A stretch of DNA of 43,620 nucleotides from an uncultured Candidatus Saccharibacteria bacterium. Lineage in GTDB: Bacteria > Patescibacteriota > Saccharimonadia > Saccharimonadales > Saccharimonadaceae. The DNA is taken from NCBI GenBank assembly GCA_965246075.1, contig CBDFCQ010000001.1, forward strand, positions 1 through 43,620, in the 5' to 3' direction. The translations under genes and the position numbers were made by a program. Below are positions 1 to 9,050 of the stretch, piece after piece; positions within the stretch are counted from its first letter, which is position 1, and each line of letters opens with the position of its first letter. The notes below the pieces were generated by a model. That model was given only the letters and a program-made list of their open reading frames with translations. It was not told the DNA's origin and ran no database searches.

Positions 1-735
1 CGTGAAGATCCAGCAATTGCTCGGGCTACTACTGAAGCATTGCAGGCACAGGGTATCGAGATTGTGTTTAGTGTGGATGTGAAAGCGATTGAGGGTGAGT
101 CTACTGCGACGATTCGCACAGGAAATTATGATGATTACGCTGGTTATGATGCGGTTTTGATGGCTACGGGCCGTCGCCCGGCAACGATGAGCTTGAATTT
201 ACCAGCTGCTGGTGTAGCGACGGATGAGCGCGGGGCAATTGTGGTTGATGAAACACTTCGCACTAGTCGGTCGCATATTTGGGCAATGGGCGATGTAACG
301 GGCGGGCCACAATTTACCTATGCGTCGCTGGATGATTTTCGGATTGTGAGAAGCCAGTTGCTGGGTGACGATCTGTACACTCGCGCCAAACAAAAAACCT
401 TGCCGTACGCGGTCTTTATGCAAACGCCGCTAGGTCGGGTGGGTATGACAGAGGCTGAGGCGCGTGCGACGGGGCGCGAAATTATCGTAAAAGAGTTGCC
501 TGCTATGGCGATTCCACGCCTGCATGTTGATAATGCTGCAACAGGCTTGCTGCGTGCGGTGATTGATGCAAACACTGAACAAATTTTGGGTGCTAGTTTA
601 TTGTGTCGTAACTCACCAGAAGTCATTAATATTATCAAAACTGTAATGGATAATGACCTGCCGTATACTGTACTGCGTGACCAAATATTCACTCATCCAA
701 CGGTGAGTGAGGCATTGAACGATTTATTTGCGTAA
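1..735 (+). CDS. Pyridine nucleotide-disulfide oxidoreductase, RclA/YkgC (MerA-like) subgroup; 5' partial
   Basis: The frame is open from base 1 (REDPAIAR...). It has ATGRRP, the GD motif (WAMGDVTGGPQFTYASLDD) and a C-terminal IFTHPTVSEALNDLF typical of RclA/YkgC. Confidence 0.85.
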   Translation, partial: REDPAIARATTEALQAQGIEIVFSVDVKAIEGESTATIRTGNYDDYAGYDAVLMATGRRPATMSLNLPAAGVATDERGAIVVDETLRTSRSHIWAMGDVTGGPQFTYASLDDFRIVRSQLLGDDLYTRAKQKTLPYAVFMQTPLGRVGMTEAEARATGREIIVKELPAMAIPRLHVDNAATGLLRAVIDANTEQILGASLLCRNSPEVINIIKTVMDNDLPYTVLRDQIFTHPTVSEALNDLFA

Positions 736-744
736 AGGAGGAGT

Positions 745-1206
745 ATGAATCATACAATTTTTGACGACATCGTAGCAGGTAAAATGAAATCTTGGAAGGT
801 CTGGGAGGATGAGAAGTTTTTAGCGTTTTTGACGCCGTTTCCAAACACGCCAGGTTTTACCGTGTTGATACCAAAGCAGAATCCAGGCGATTACGTATTT
901 TCTTTGGATAATGAGTTGTACTCCGAAATGATGTTGGCAGTGAAAAAGGTTGCTAATATTTTAGAGAAAGCCTTTGATACGCCGCGAGTAGCACTGATTT
1001 TTGAAGGCACGGGCGTGGCGCATGTTCATGCCAAGTTAGTGCCGCTGCATGGTGATTTAGCCAAGGGAATTGGTTCGGCAGTGTCGCACGAACAAGCATT
1101 TTACGCGGGATATCCAGGTTGGATAACTACGGTTGATGGTCCAAAAATGGACGATTCTCAGCTGGATGAAATTCAAGCGCGGATTTTGGCGGTACAGAGC
1201 AAATAG
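745..1206 (+). CDS. HIT family protein
   Basis: N-terminal TIFDDIVAG, PFPNTPGFTVLIPK and a variant triad VAHVHAK. SD AAGGAGG lies upstream. Confidence 0.85.
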   Translation: MNHTIFDDIVAGKMKSWKVWEDEKFLAFLTPFPNTPGFTVLIPKQNPGDYVFSLDNELYSEMMLAVKKVANILEKAFDTPRVALIFEGTGVAHVHAKLVPLHGDLAKGIGSAVSHEQAFYAGYPGWITTVDGPKMDDSQLDEIQARILAVQSK

Positions 1207-1215
1207 CAAAAATTA

Positions 1216-2214
1216 CTAATTTGATTCTAATTTTACGTCTTTTCCTTCGTATATATCCAGGTAAAATGGGTATAGCTTGTCGGAATGTTTCTTGACTGAA
1301 TCTTGACTCAAAGCTACTATGTCATGACCAATGCCAAACGAGGCTGGTATAGTAGAATGGTGGAATTTTGCATTGGAGGCGGCGGCTATTTGCTGCGGTA
1401 TATTGGTTGCAAGGTTCATGTCGATTGAAGTGTCGTTATCGCTTGTTACGACGCCAATATACTTTAATCCTGGCGCCTTAAAATCAGATTTGTAATTTTT
1501 GGCGATTATCATATATTTGCCAAGCGCGCGATACGATAAATTACTGCCCGTACTAAACGAATCAGGAAGAATATTGCGTCCGTAGAGATTTCTAAGGAGT
1601 GGGTTCTGCCAAGCCGGTACTTCTGATGCCGAGGGCTGATAGAAAGGTGATAATAACAAAGCGCGCGATACGGTGGTGCTATTATATTGAGCAATCCAAG
1701 TTGCCATATTGGCGCCGCCAGATAGGCCAACAACTCCTACTTCCTCGCCCAAACCGCTAATAATGCTGGTGCTGGTATTCATAAATTGGGTCATTGCCGG
1801 AATGGTAATTTCTCCGTGTCGTTTGTTGTCGGTGAGGCCGTGGCTGGGAGCGCGGGGGATGTAGACATTATATCCGGCTTTGAAGAAGGTGTCGCCCAGC
1901 TCTGCGAATTGCTGCGGACAGGCGCTTACGCCATGAATCATTAGAATAGCCTTAGCGGTTTTTTGGCTGTGAGTTTTAATAATTGATCGGCATTCCGGTC
2001 TAAAGTCGGTATTTGACGAGTCTCCGTTAATGGTGCGTATTGCGGCAGCAACGGACTGGTTGTAATTTAATTTTTCAGAGTTTGAGGATTGTAATTGTTT
2101 GGATGTTGCCGGCCAAAAGAAGGCTGCGACAACTAATAATGCTGCAATGAGGATAATTACACCAACTATCCATACGATAATTTTTATAATGTGATTCTTC
2201 TGTGGAGTACCCAT
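1216..2214 (-). CDS. Membrane-anchored alpha/beta hydrolase (esterase/lipase)
   Basis: N-terminal TM helix, HG oxyanion motif (MIHGVS), nucleophile elbow GLSGG, and late Asp and His (GIGHD). Confidence 0.8.
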   Translation of the reverse strand: MGTPQKNHIIKIIVWIVGVIILIAALLVVAAFFWPATSKQLQSSNSEKLNYNQSVAAAIRTINGDSSNTDFRPECRSIIKTHSQKTAKAILMIHGVSACPQQFAELGDTFFKAGYNVYIPRAPSHGLTDNKRHGEITIPAMTQFMNTSTSIISGLGEEVGVVGLSGGANMATWIAQYNSTTVSRALLLSPFYQPSASEVPAWQNPLLRNLYGRNILPDSFSTGSNLSYRALGKYMIIAKNYKSDFKAPGLKYIGVVTSDNDTSIDMNLATNIPQQIAAASNAKFHHSTIPASFGIGHDIVALSQDSVKKHSDKLYPFYLDIYEGKDVKLESN

Positions 2215-2267
2215 GTTTATATTATATTGGTTATGTGTGAAGATGTGAAGTTGGTATAATCAATTAT

Positions 2268-2930
2268 ATGCAACAAAAACCAACTGTCTTCCTCGTTGAG
2301 GACGAACCAACCTTACGCACTGGCACCGAGCAATTCCTCCGCCAGCGCGGCTTTACGGTGATAACGGCGACCAGCGGTGAGGAGGCGCTGAAAAAATTTA
2401 CTGGGGCGGATGTAATTGTCCTTGACATCATGCTACCAGGGATGAGTGGCATTGAGGTATTGCATCAAATTCGCCAGACCAGCGATGTGCCGGTACTGAT
2501 GTTGACGGCACTGCATGATGAGCCGACGCAAATTGCCAGTTTTGACGAGCTAGCGGATGATTATATGAGTAAGCCGTTCTCGCTGGTGATTTTAGAAAAG
2601 CGCATCAGGGCGTTACTTCGCCGGCAGCAGTCTGTCAAAAAGACCTTGTGGCAGCGCGGCCTGGCCTCAGTGGATTTTGCGGCTTATCAAGGGTTTTATA
2701 ATGATGCTGACGCGCACCTCAAGCCCAAGGAAGTGCAGCTGCTCAAGCTGCTGGTAGACAATCCAAACATGGTCTGGAGCCGACAGGCTATCATTGATAA
2801 ATTGTGGCGTGATGATGAGGTGCCGTTCGACCGAGTGATTGACGTTTACATCAAAAACTTACGCAAGAAATTGCACCTGGACTGCATCATCACGGTGAAG
2901 GGAGTGGGCTATCGCTATGAAGAATCTTAA
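2268..2930 (+). CDS. vncR: OmpR-family response regulator, VncR-like
   Basis: Receiver domain (VEDE, LDIMLP, KPFS) plus winged helix. The tail DEVPFDRVIDVYIKNLRKKLHLDCI closely matches my recollection of streptococcal VncR. Confidence 0.85.
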   Translation: MQQKPTVFLVEDEPTLRTGTEQFLRQRGFTVITATSGEEALKKFTGADVIVLDIMLPGMSGIEVLHQIRQTSDVPVLMLTALHDEPTQIASFDELADDYMSKPFSLVILEKRIRALLRRQQSVKKTLWQRGLASVDFAAYQGFYNDADAHLKPKEVQLLKLLVDNPNMVWSRQAIIDKLWRDDEVPFDRVIDVYIKNLRKKLHLDCIITVKGVGYRYEES

Positions 2931-4302
2931 ATTATTCCCCAAAACATTTTTGGTGTCAATCGGCCTGTTTGCGGCGTTGATCATCCTGGTGCATGCGCTG
3001 GTCTACACCTTGATGCCGCAATTTTATCTGCAGCAAAAAGAGCGCGAGGCGGCGGACAATCTCACGGCGCTCGTGGCTGAACTACGCGGTAAATCGACTG
3101 AGGAAATGCGTCGTCTCAGCCAGGAGTTTGCTCAAGTGAAAAATGTTAATATTACACTGACGATTGACGGGCGCGACCAGTATTTTCAAGGGTTTCAGTC
3201 GATCAACATCGTGACGGATAGCGGTAAATCGGTTGACACCAGCGTGGTAAAAATCGCTGATGGACAAACGGTCGATCCGCGCTCGGTGATTTTGCGGCAG
3301 GGCAGCGCGGTGAACAACCAAGGCCAAACGATAGCCGTCAAGCTGCTGGCCGACGTGGCTCCTGTCACCCAGGCCAAGCTCGCCACCTTGCACGTATTGC
3401 CTTATACCATGCTCGGCTCGCTGTTGGTGGCGTTCGTGTTTTCGTACATCTATAGTCGTTTTGTGACGCGGCCGATTCGTCAGATGGCAGTAGTGACGAC
3501 GACGATGCAGCAGCTGGAAAAGGACGCGCGTTATCCAGTGAATAGTCGTGATGAAATCGGCGTGCTGGGGCGAAATATTAATGAACTCTATCAAAATCTA
3601 TGGCAAACGATTCGCTCGCTGGAGCATGAAAATAAGCGGATCACGCAGCTGGAGAAAGAGAAAATCGCCTTCCTCCGCGCGGCTTCGCACGAGCTAAAAA
3701 CGCCATTGGCAGCCCTCAGGATTATGCTCGAAAACATGCAACTCAACATTGGCGAATATAAAGATCGCGATCAATACCTGGCGGAATCGGTGGCGCAGGT
3801 TGACCGCTTGGCGGCGATGGTGAATGATATCTTGCGCTCTGGCAGCGTCGCCGAGCAGGCTTTACGTCAAGAAAAGCGGCTGAGGATCGATAAGTTACTT
3901 GTTGAGGTGGTCGACGATTATATGTTGCTGGCAAAAACGCGTGGCATGACTTTCGCGGTTAATACAGAGCCGACGACCATTCGCGCTAATCGTGACATGA
4001 TGCGCCACGTCATCTCAAACCTGGTGTCAAACGCGGTGCGCCATGGCGACGCCGGAAGTGTCATAAAAATTACCTGCGACCAGCATGAGCTAGCCATTGA
4101 AAACGCCTGCAAGTCACTCACTAAACAACAGCTTCAACACATCTTTGACCCGTTTTATCGGAGCAACGCCACCACAAAGCAACACACCGACAGCAGCGGC
4201 ATTGGTCTCTACACCGTGAAAATGCTACTTGACACTAAGGGTCTAGATTATGAGTTTGTGCCACACGGGCGGGGTATGCGGTTTGTGGTAAGGTTTGGTT
4301 AA
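2917..4302 (+). CDS. vncS: HAMP sensor histidine kinase, VncS-like
   Basis: Two TM helices, HAMP, H-box FLRAASHELKTPL followed by NIGEYKDRDQYL (VncS-like), N box and GIGL G2 box. Overlaps the regulator gene. Confidence 0.85.
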   Translation: MKNLKLFPKTFLVSIGLFAALIILVHALVYTLMPQFYLQQKEREAADNLTALVAELRGKSTEEMRRLSQEFAQVKNVNITLTIDGRDQYFQGFQSINIVTDSGKSVDTSVVKIADGQTVDPRSVILRQGSAVNNQGQTIAVKLLADVAPVTQAKLATLHVLPYTMLGSLLVAFVFSYIYSRFVTRPIRQMAVVTTTMQQLEKDARYPVNSRDEIGVLGRNINELYQNLWQTIRSLEHENKRITQLEKEKIAFLRAASHELKTPLAALRIMLENMQLNIGEYKDRDQYLAESVAQVDRLAAMVNDILRSGSVAEQALRQEKRLRIDKLLVEVVDDYMLLAKTRGMTFAVNTEPTTIRANRDMMRHVISNLVSNAVRHGDAGSVIKITCDQHELAIENACKSLTKQQLQHIFDPFYRSNATTKQHTDSSGIGLYTVKMLLDTKGLDYEFVPHGRGMRFVVRFG

Positions 4303-4326
4303 GACAGATAGTGTTAAACTATAATT

Positions 4327-4890
4327 ATGAACTTAATTTACGCGACGACTAATAAACACAAACTTGCTGGAGCTAAACAGGTGCTGGCTGGAACGGATAT
4401 TAATCTGATCGCGCCAGATGGAGTTTTACCTGACGTGCCAGAAATCCAGTCCGACGATCAAGCGGCCGTCTCAGTTGATAAGGCTCTGAAATACTACGAA
4501 TTATTAAAGCGTCCTCTAGTAGTGATGGACTCAGGCCTGTTCATCGACGAACTGGGCGGCTTTCCCGGCGTTTACACCAAATACTCACTCGATACTATCG
4601 GTATTGACAGGATAATTCAGCTGCTCGGCGGCGGCGCTTGGGCGTGCACGCAGCGCACAATTACTTACTTTGACGGCGGTGAACCGCGGACATTCACCCT
4701 GAAAATCTACGGCACACTGTTGAAAAATCCGCGTGGCAACAACGGACGCAATTACGATAAATATTTCTTGCCAGATGGCAAAAATAAAACGCTCGCTGAA
4801 ATGGCTGATGAAGAGAAAGCGGAATTAACAGCAGTGGTTTGGCGAGAGCTGGCGGCGTGGCTATCTATGCTAAAATTAAACCATGAATGA
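4327..4890 (+). CDS. Ham1/ITPase-family non-canonical NTP pyrophosphatase
   Basis: ATTNKHK, EIQ, DSGLFIDELGGFPGVYTK and KTLAEM motifs. Confidence 0.8.
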   Translation: MNLIYATTNKHKLAGAKQVLAGTDINLIAPDGVLPDVPEIQSDDQAAVSVDKALKYYELLKRPLVVMDSGLFIDELGGFPGVYTKYSLDTIGIDRIIQLLGGGAWACTQRTITYFDGGEPRTFTLKIYGTLLKNPRGNNGRNYDKYFLPDGKNKTLAEMADEEKAELTAVVWRELAAWLSMLKLNHE

Positions 4891-5511
4891 ATTCATTTTA
4901 GTAGCAATAAAATTGTTGATCGGCTTTTTCGCGCTGACGATAATCATCAACGTTTTCGGAAAAGGTAACTTGTCACCATCGTCTGCCAGCGATCAAGTAC
5001 AGAATTACGTGCTGGGTGGCATCATTGGAGGCGTCATTTATAACAATAGCATACAGATTTTGGATTACATCGGGATTTTGTTCATATGGTGCGCGCTGGT
5101 GCTGACATTGAAATGGATAAAACAGTATAACGTGAAGGCAAAGCAGCTCATCGACGGCAGAGCATTGATGATCATTGATAATGGAAAATCAACATTGAGA
5201 ATTGCAAGAAAGTTGGCTTGAGTGCTCATGATGTATCGTTCAAACTGCGAACTCATCATATCTCTTCAACGAGAAAGGTGAAAAGAGCTGTGGTAGAGCA
5301 AGACGGCGAATTGATCATCACTCACGAAGGGGAATAGAATCCGAAATTCCCATTGATAACAGACGGGCAACTGCAAACTGATATTTTGCAGGTAATTGGC
5401 AAGAACGAGAAATGGCTGCTGAAAGAAATGAACAAGCAGGGGTTGAATACATATGGCGATGTGTTTCTGGGAGAGTATGTGGACGGGAAGTTAAACTTGA
5501 CGGCTTATTAG
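4883..5511 (+). pseudogene. DUF421 (YetF/YcaP-like) membrane protein pseudogene
   Basis: GKGNLSPSSASDQVQNYVLGGIIGG motif. Homology continues in another frame after the A-run at 5185-5188 (INIENCKKVGLSAHDVSFKLR...VVEQDGEL). A second lesion, TAG at 5335-5337, precedes NPKFPLITDGQ. The natural stop is at 5509-5511. Confidence 0.85.
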
Positions 5512-5627
5512 TAAGAATTATATATTACAGGAGCTATCCGTGAGTAAGCATGTCGTGAACGAAAGACTGGATTTTCTAATGCAAAGGTAATAGATAAGAC
5601 AAATTATTATAAATAAGGAGTAACCTA

Positions 5628-6116
5628 ATGACTAAATCCATCATCTGCAAAGATGTCTTCGGTAATCAATACACCGTTCCTGTTGACGAACTAAATATTC
5701 GCGTCGGCGTGTACGCGGTTATTATTGAGGATAATAAGATTCTTTTGACTAGACAATGGGATGGCTATAGCTTGATTGGCGGCGGCGTCGAGAAAGGCGA
5801 AACGATCGAGGAATCAATCGTCCGTGAGGTCAAAGAAGAGACTGGACTGACCATCATGCCAGATAAAATCATTCACCAAGCAACTACTTTTTTCAAGCAC
5901 AACGCTGAAGCGCAAGCCAACCAGTCGATCCAGCTGTACTTCACCCATAGCCAGCTGCGCGGGCAAATCAATAACGACAATATAACCGACAGCGAAAAAA
6001 CCTACACCAACGGCACGCCAGAGTGGGTTGATCTGGATAAGATTGACGGTATAAACTTCCGGCATAGCGTAAGTTTGAGGGAGATTTTAGGGGCGTATGG
6101 TGAGGGTAATAAGTAA
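5628..6116 (+). CDS. Nudix hydrolase
   Basis: Nudix box GGGVEKGETIEESIVREVKEETGL. SD AAGGAG. Confidence 0.9.
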   Translation: MTKSIICKDVFGNQYTVPVDELNIRVGVYAVIIEDNKILLTRQWDGYSLIGGGVEKGETIEESIVREVKEETGLTIMPDKIIHQATTFFKHNAEAQANQSIQLYFTHSQLRGQINNDNITDSEKTYTNGTPEWVDLDKIDGINFRHSVSLREILGAYGEGNK

Positions 6117-6164
6117 AACACGAGAAGCCTGCATAAATAGTGTCGAATGACGTATACTTATATC

Positions 6165-6758
6165 ATGACAAGTCAGCCCTACCTAATTTATTTCGTCACC
6201 TCCAACCAGCGCAAGTTCACTAGCCTCCAGAAACTCCTTCAGCCGCTCGGTATTGACCTGCAGCAACTTAACTACGATTTTGACGAGGGGCGGGGTCTGG
6301 ATATTCAAACGATTGCCAAAAGTAAACTATCTCAAGCCAAGAAAGCTTTTCCAAACAAGCGCCTGATTGTTGATGATCGCGGTTTTTTCATCCCGGCACT
6401 GAAAGGATTTCCGGGACCGTTCGTTAAATTGCTACTGGATAGTTTTAGCTATCCCGGCATCATCAAATTAATGCAAGATGAAACTGATCGTAGGGCTATA
6501 TTTTCTTTTGCGGTTGGCTATTTTGACGGCAAAAAAGACCACATTTTCGTAGCCGATGAAGAGGGTTTTATCATTGATGAGCCACGTGGCGATAATCTCC
6601 ATGGCTGGACAGAATTGCTATATATTTATGGACACCCGAGATTTCCTGGTCGTAGCTTGGCAGAATTGAATGATGAGGAGTGGAAAGAATATTTGGTAGC
6701 AATTGAGGCGGTTGATGGATTTGTGATGCTGAGGGATTATTTGAAAGTAGAGACTTGA
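6165..6758 (+). CDS. Ham1/ITPase-family pyrophosphatase (second, divergent copy)
   Basis: VTSNQRKF, DDRGFFIPALKGFPGPFVK and RSLAEL motifs. Start placed at ATG 6165, 6 nt after TATACT; 6147 is the alternative. Confidence 0.75.
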   Translation: MTSQPYLIYFVTSNQRKFTSLQKLLQPLGIDLQQLNYDFDEGRGLDIQTIAKSKLSQAKKAFPNKRLIVDDRGFFIPALKGFPGPFVKLLLDSFSYPGIIKLMQDETDRRAIFSFAVGYFDGKKDHIFVADEEGFIIDEPRGDNLHGWTELLYIYGHPRFPGRSLAELNDEEWKEYLVAIEAVDGFVMLRDYLKVET

Positions 6759-6846
6759 TTGACAACCCAAGTCGGTTCATCTGTATTCTATACACAGCTG
6801 GCTGTATGGGCAAATTAACAAAGATAGAACGATACTATAATAACCT

Positions 6847-7443
6847 ATGATTGAAATCGAAGCCAAATTCAAATTATCAGCCAACATAACTCACGACAAG
6901 CTCATTGCGGTCCTAGAAAGTCATTTTGTCGTGCCCATCTCAAGCAAACACCAAATTGATAAGGTTTTTCTGTTACCTGAACAGGTTGACGCACCAATTG
7001 TTCCTGGCTCAAAGATTATGCGAATACGCGACATCCTCGATCCAGAAACTGGTGAGTTGCAACGAAGTTTAATAACACTTAAAGTCGAAGGGCAGGCGAA
7101 ATTAGTATCTAATGAATATGAATTTGCAGTTGACGACGGCAATATGGCACGCCAAATGCTCACAGCGCTAGGCTGGCAAGAAGTTGTCACGGTTGATAAA
7201 GTCCGCCTTGAATCGAAAACTGAGGATTATACGATTTGTGTCGATGAAGTTGCTGGACTAGGACTATTTATTGAGCTGGAGGTTTTGGCTGAGGACGACG
7301 CAAATACCGACAATATTCAACAGCAAATGTATAGTTTCCTGAAAAGCCTAAACATTGATGGCGAACTATGGAAGATCCCTTATGATACGAGCATTAGGAA
7401 TCTGCAAAATATTGCATCAAAAAATTACCAGTCTTCAGAATAA
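6847..7443 (+). CDS. CYTH domain protein (class IV adenylate cyclase/triphosphate tunnel metalloenzyme)
   Basis: N-terminal EIEAK (ExExK), RIR, KVR, and DEVAGLGLFIELE. Confidence 0.85.
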   Translation: MIEIEAKFKLSANITHDKLIAVLESHFVVPISSKHQIDKVFLLPEQVDAPIVPGSKIMRIRDILDPETGELQRSLITLKVEGQAKLVSNEYEFAVDDGNMARQMLTALGWQEVVTVDKVRLESKTEDYTICVDEVAGLGLFIELEVLAEDDANTDNIQQQMYSFLKSLNIDGELWKIPYDTSIRNLQNIASKNYQSSE

Positions 7444-7487
7444 TCTGTATTTTGGGATTTTATGCTTAACAATACAGGTCATTGGTG

Positions 7488-8384
7488 TTATTTTTTTACA
7501 TAAAAATTAACCACTGCTCTTTGTAGAATTGATTGCAGGTTCGTTGTAGTTATAGTTTTTGCTAAATCGTGTTTAGTGAATGGTGCGGCAGTTTGTTGAT
7601 AAAAATAAATTGGCACAGAATTGTAGAGTGGGTCGGTTGTAAACGCCTCGGCGAGATCGTTTAGGCTACTAGCGTGTGGCGCAAGGTCAAACGCTTGTAA
7701 ATAGCTTTGCGCTACTTTGCCTACATTTTGCCAATCAAAGGGTTTTTTCACAGTGTAGGTTTGGCTGGCAGTATTGCCGTCACAATAGGCGGTAAACTCA
7801 CTGTGGCTGGACGGATAGGCTGAGATTTGGTCAAGGCACGCACTACGTACTAGGTCGAGTAGTATTGGATACATACAAAAAAAGGCGGCGGTTGCTTGTT
7901 TGCTGGAGTCAGGAATTTCAATCGTCAGTGTGATGTCTATGAAATCATCTGGCTGATAATCAATCTCTAGCGGTGGATTTTTGACTGGTTCGGTAATTTT
8001 TTCGGGCTTGGTGGAGTGGTGGTTAGTGAAAGCTTTTTGGCAGCAATCCAGTTGTCTAAACAATTCTGTTTCATCCCAGATGACAACGCTTGCTTTCATC
8101 TCCGCTTCAATGTGGGCAACGGATTCGTGAATCATGGATAGATCAAATGGTTTTACATCAGCGATGACTTTTTCAAACAGTGTCATTGATTTGCGAGTAA
8201 AGAATGCGATGTCAAAAAAGACACTTGATTCTGATGTTGTGCCGTGTAATTCGCCAATGAAGGCGCGTTCATTGCCAGATTTTTCTATAGCCCACAAGAA
8301 TCGCCGAATAACCAAATGCTCAAACAAATGGCAGACATCATGGTCGGCTGGCAAATCGTAGGCAGAGTATAGCTTGTGGATCAT
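7488..8384 (-). CDS. Hypothetical protein with an inverted zinc motif (M16 peptidase-like N-terminus)
   Basis: HLFEH (HxxEH) near the N-terminus, followed by GELHGTT. ATG 8384 lies 6 nt downstream of TGc-TACAAT. Confidence 0.55.
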   Translation of the reverse strand: MIHKLYSAYDLPADHDVCHLFEHLVIRRFLWAIEKSGNERAFIGELHGTTSESSVFFDIAFFTRKSMTLFEKVIADVKPFDLSMIHESVAHIEAEMKASVVIWDETELFRQLDCCQKAFTNHHSTKPEKITEPVKNPPLEIDYQPDDFIDITLTIEIPDSSKQATAAFFCMYPILLDLVRSACLDQISAYPSSHSEFTAYCDGNTASQTYTVKKPFDWQNVGKVAQSYLQAFDLAPHASSLNDLAEAFTTDPLYNSVPIYFYQQTAAPFTKHDLAKTITTTNLQSILQRAVVNFYVKK

Positions 8385-8407
8385 GGGTTTATTGTAGCAG
8401 GGTGAGT

Positions 8408-8444
8408 ACCCCACTCCAAAAGCTTTATACTATTGGAGTGGGGT
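8408..8444 (-). terminator. Perfect 12-bp hairpin at the 3' end of small-ORF unit 1
   Basis: ACCCCACTCCAA (8408-8419) / TTGGAGTGGGGT (8433-8444), 10 nt after the stop at 8455. No clear U-tract. Confidence 0.6.
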
Positions 8445-8454
8445 CTTCTCGAAC

Positions 8455-8688
8455 TCAGAAACTCTTGAACGGAGACCTGTTGTTCGAGGTGCCCGAGTCG
8501 CTACGGTTGGTCAGCGACTTGGGAGTGCCGGCCTTAGGGGTCGACGACTTGGGCGTAGGGAACCCACTGAAGGTGGTCTTCGGCAGGCTGCCCGGGGAAC
8601 CGCCGAACCGCTGGCTGCCGCTCTGGCTCAGGCTGTCGTGGTGGTTCCGGTTGCTGTTCAACCCCTTCTGGGGACGACCAGTTGCCAT
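8455..8688 (-). CDS. Small basic low-complexity protein, 77 aa (unit 1)
   Basis: ATG 8688 is preceded by SD AAGGAG. The ORF has its own promoter and 3' hairpin. Sequence is MATGRPQK...TPKSSTPKAGTPKS... Confidence 0.65.
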   Translation of the reverse strand: MATGRPQKGLNSNRNHHDSLSQSGSQRFGGSPGSLPKTTFSGFPTPKSSTPKAGTPKSLTNRSDSGTSNNRSPFKSF

Positions 8689-8785
8689 TATAACTCCTTC
8701 TGGAGTCGGGCAGAGAAATTCATTCTCTGCGAAGTGGGACGTCTCAAGCCCAATGGTTTCGAGCGAAACGTCGGCTTCTACGATT

Positions 8786-8827
8786 GCAAAAGCTGATATA
8801 TATATCAATACTTGAGTTGTATGTCAA
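8786..8827 (-). promoter_or_regulatory. Sigma70-type promoter of unit 1
   Basis: TTGACA (8827-8822), 17 bp ending in TGA, TATATA, then AGCTTTTGC. Confidence 0.7.
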
Positions 8828-8993
8828 ATGGTTTTGTAAAGATTGCTATGAATCGTATTAATCTTTATATATTAATTAAAATCACGTGTGTTCTCTGTTT
8901 GCTGTGGTACGAAGCCTTTTATGATTTATTTTCACATAATGATCCGCAGAAGTTCGGTGGTGAAAGTGTTAAGTGACTATATTACTCATCCAT

Positions 8994-9025
8994 TTCACAT
9001 TCCCTTCACATACCCTTGTTACACT
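8994..9025 (+). promoter_or_regulatory. Candidate OmpR-type tandem box plus extended -10 upstream of the vex operon
   Basis: TTCACAT direct repeat at 8994-9000 and 9005-9011 (11-bp period), then TGt-TACACT. SD AAGGAG before 9051. Confidence 0.5.
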
Positions 9026-9050
9026 GACATAGAACCAAGAAAGGAGATTT

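Noticed and set aside
8402..8815. 137-aa plus-strand ORF over unit 1
   Set aside because: It has no SD or promoter and runs through the hairpin and the minus-strand promoter. All signals support the minus-strand ORF.
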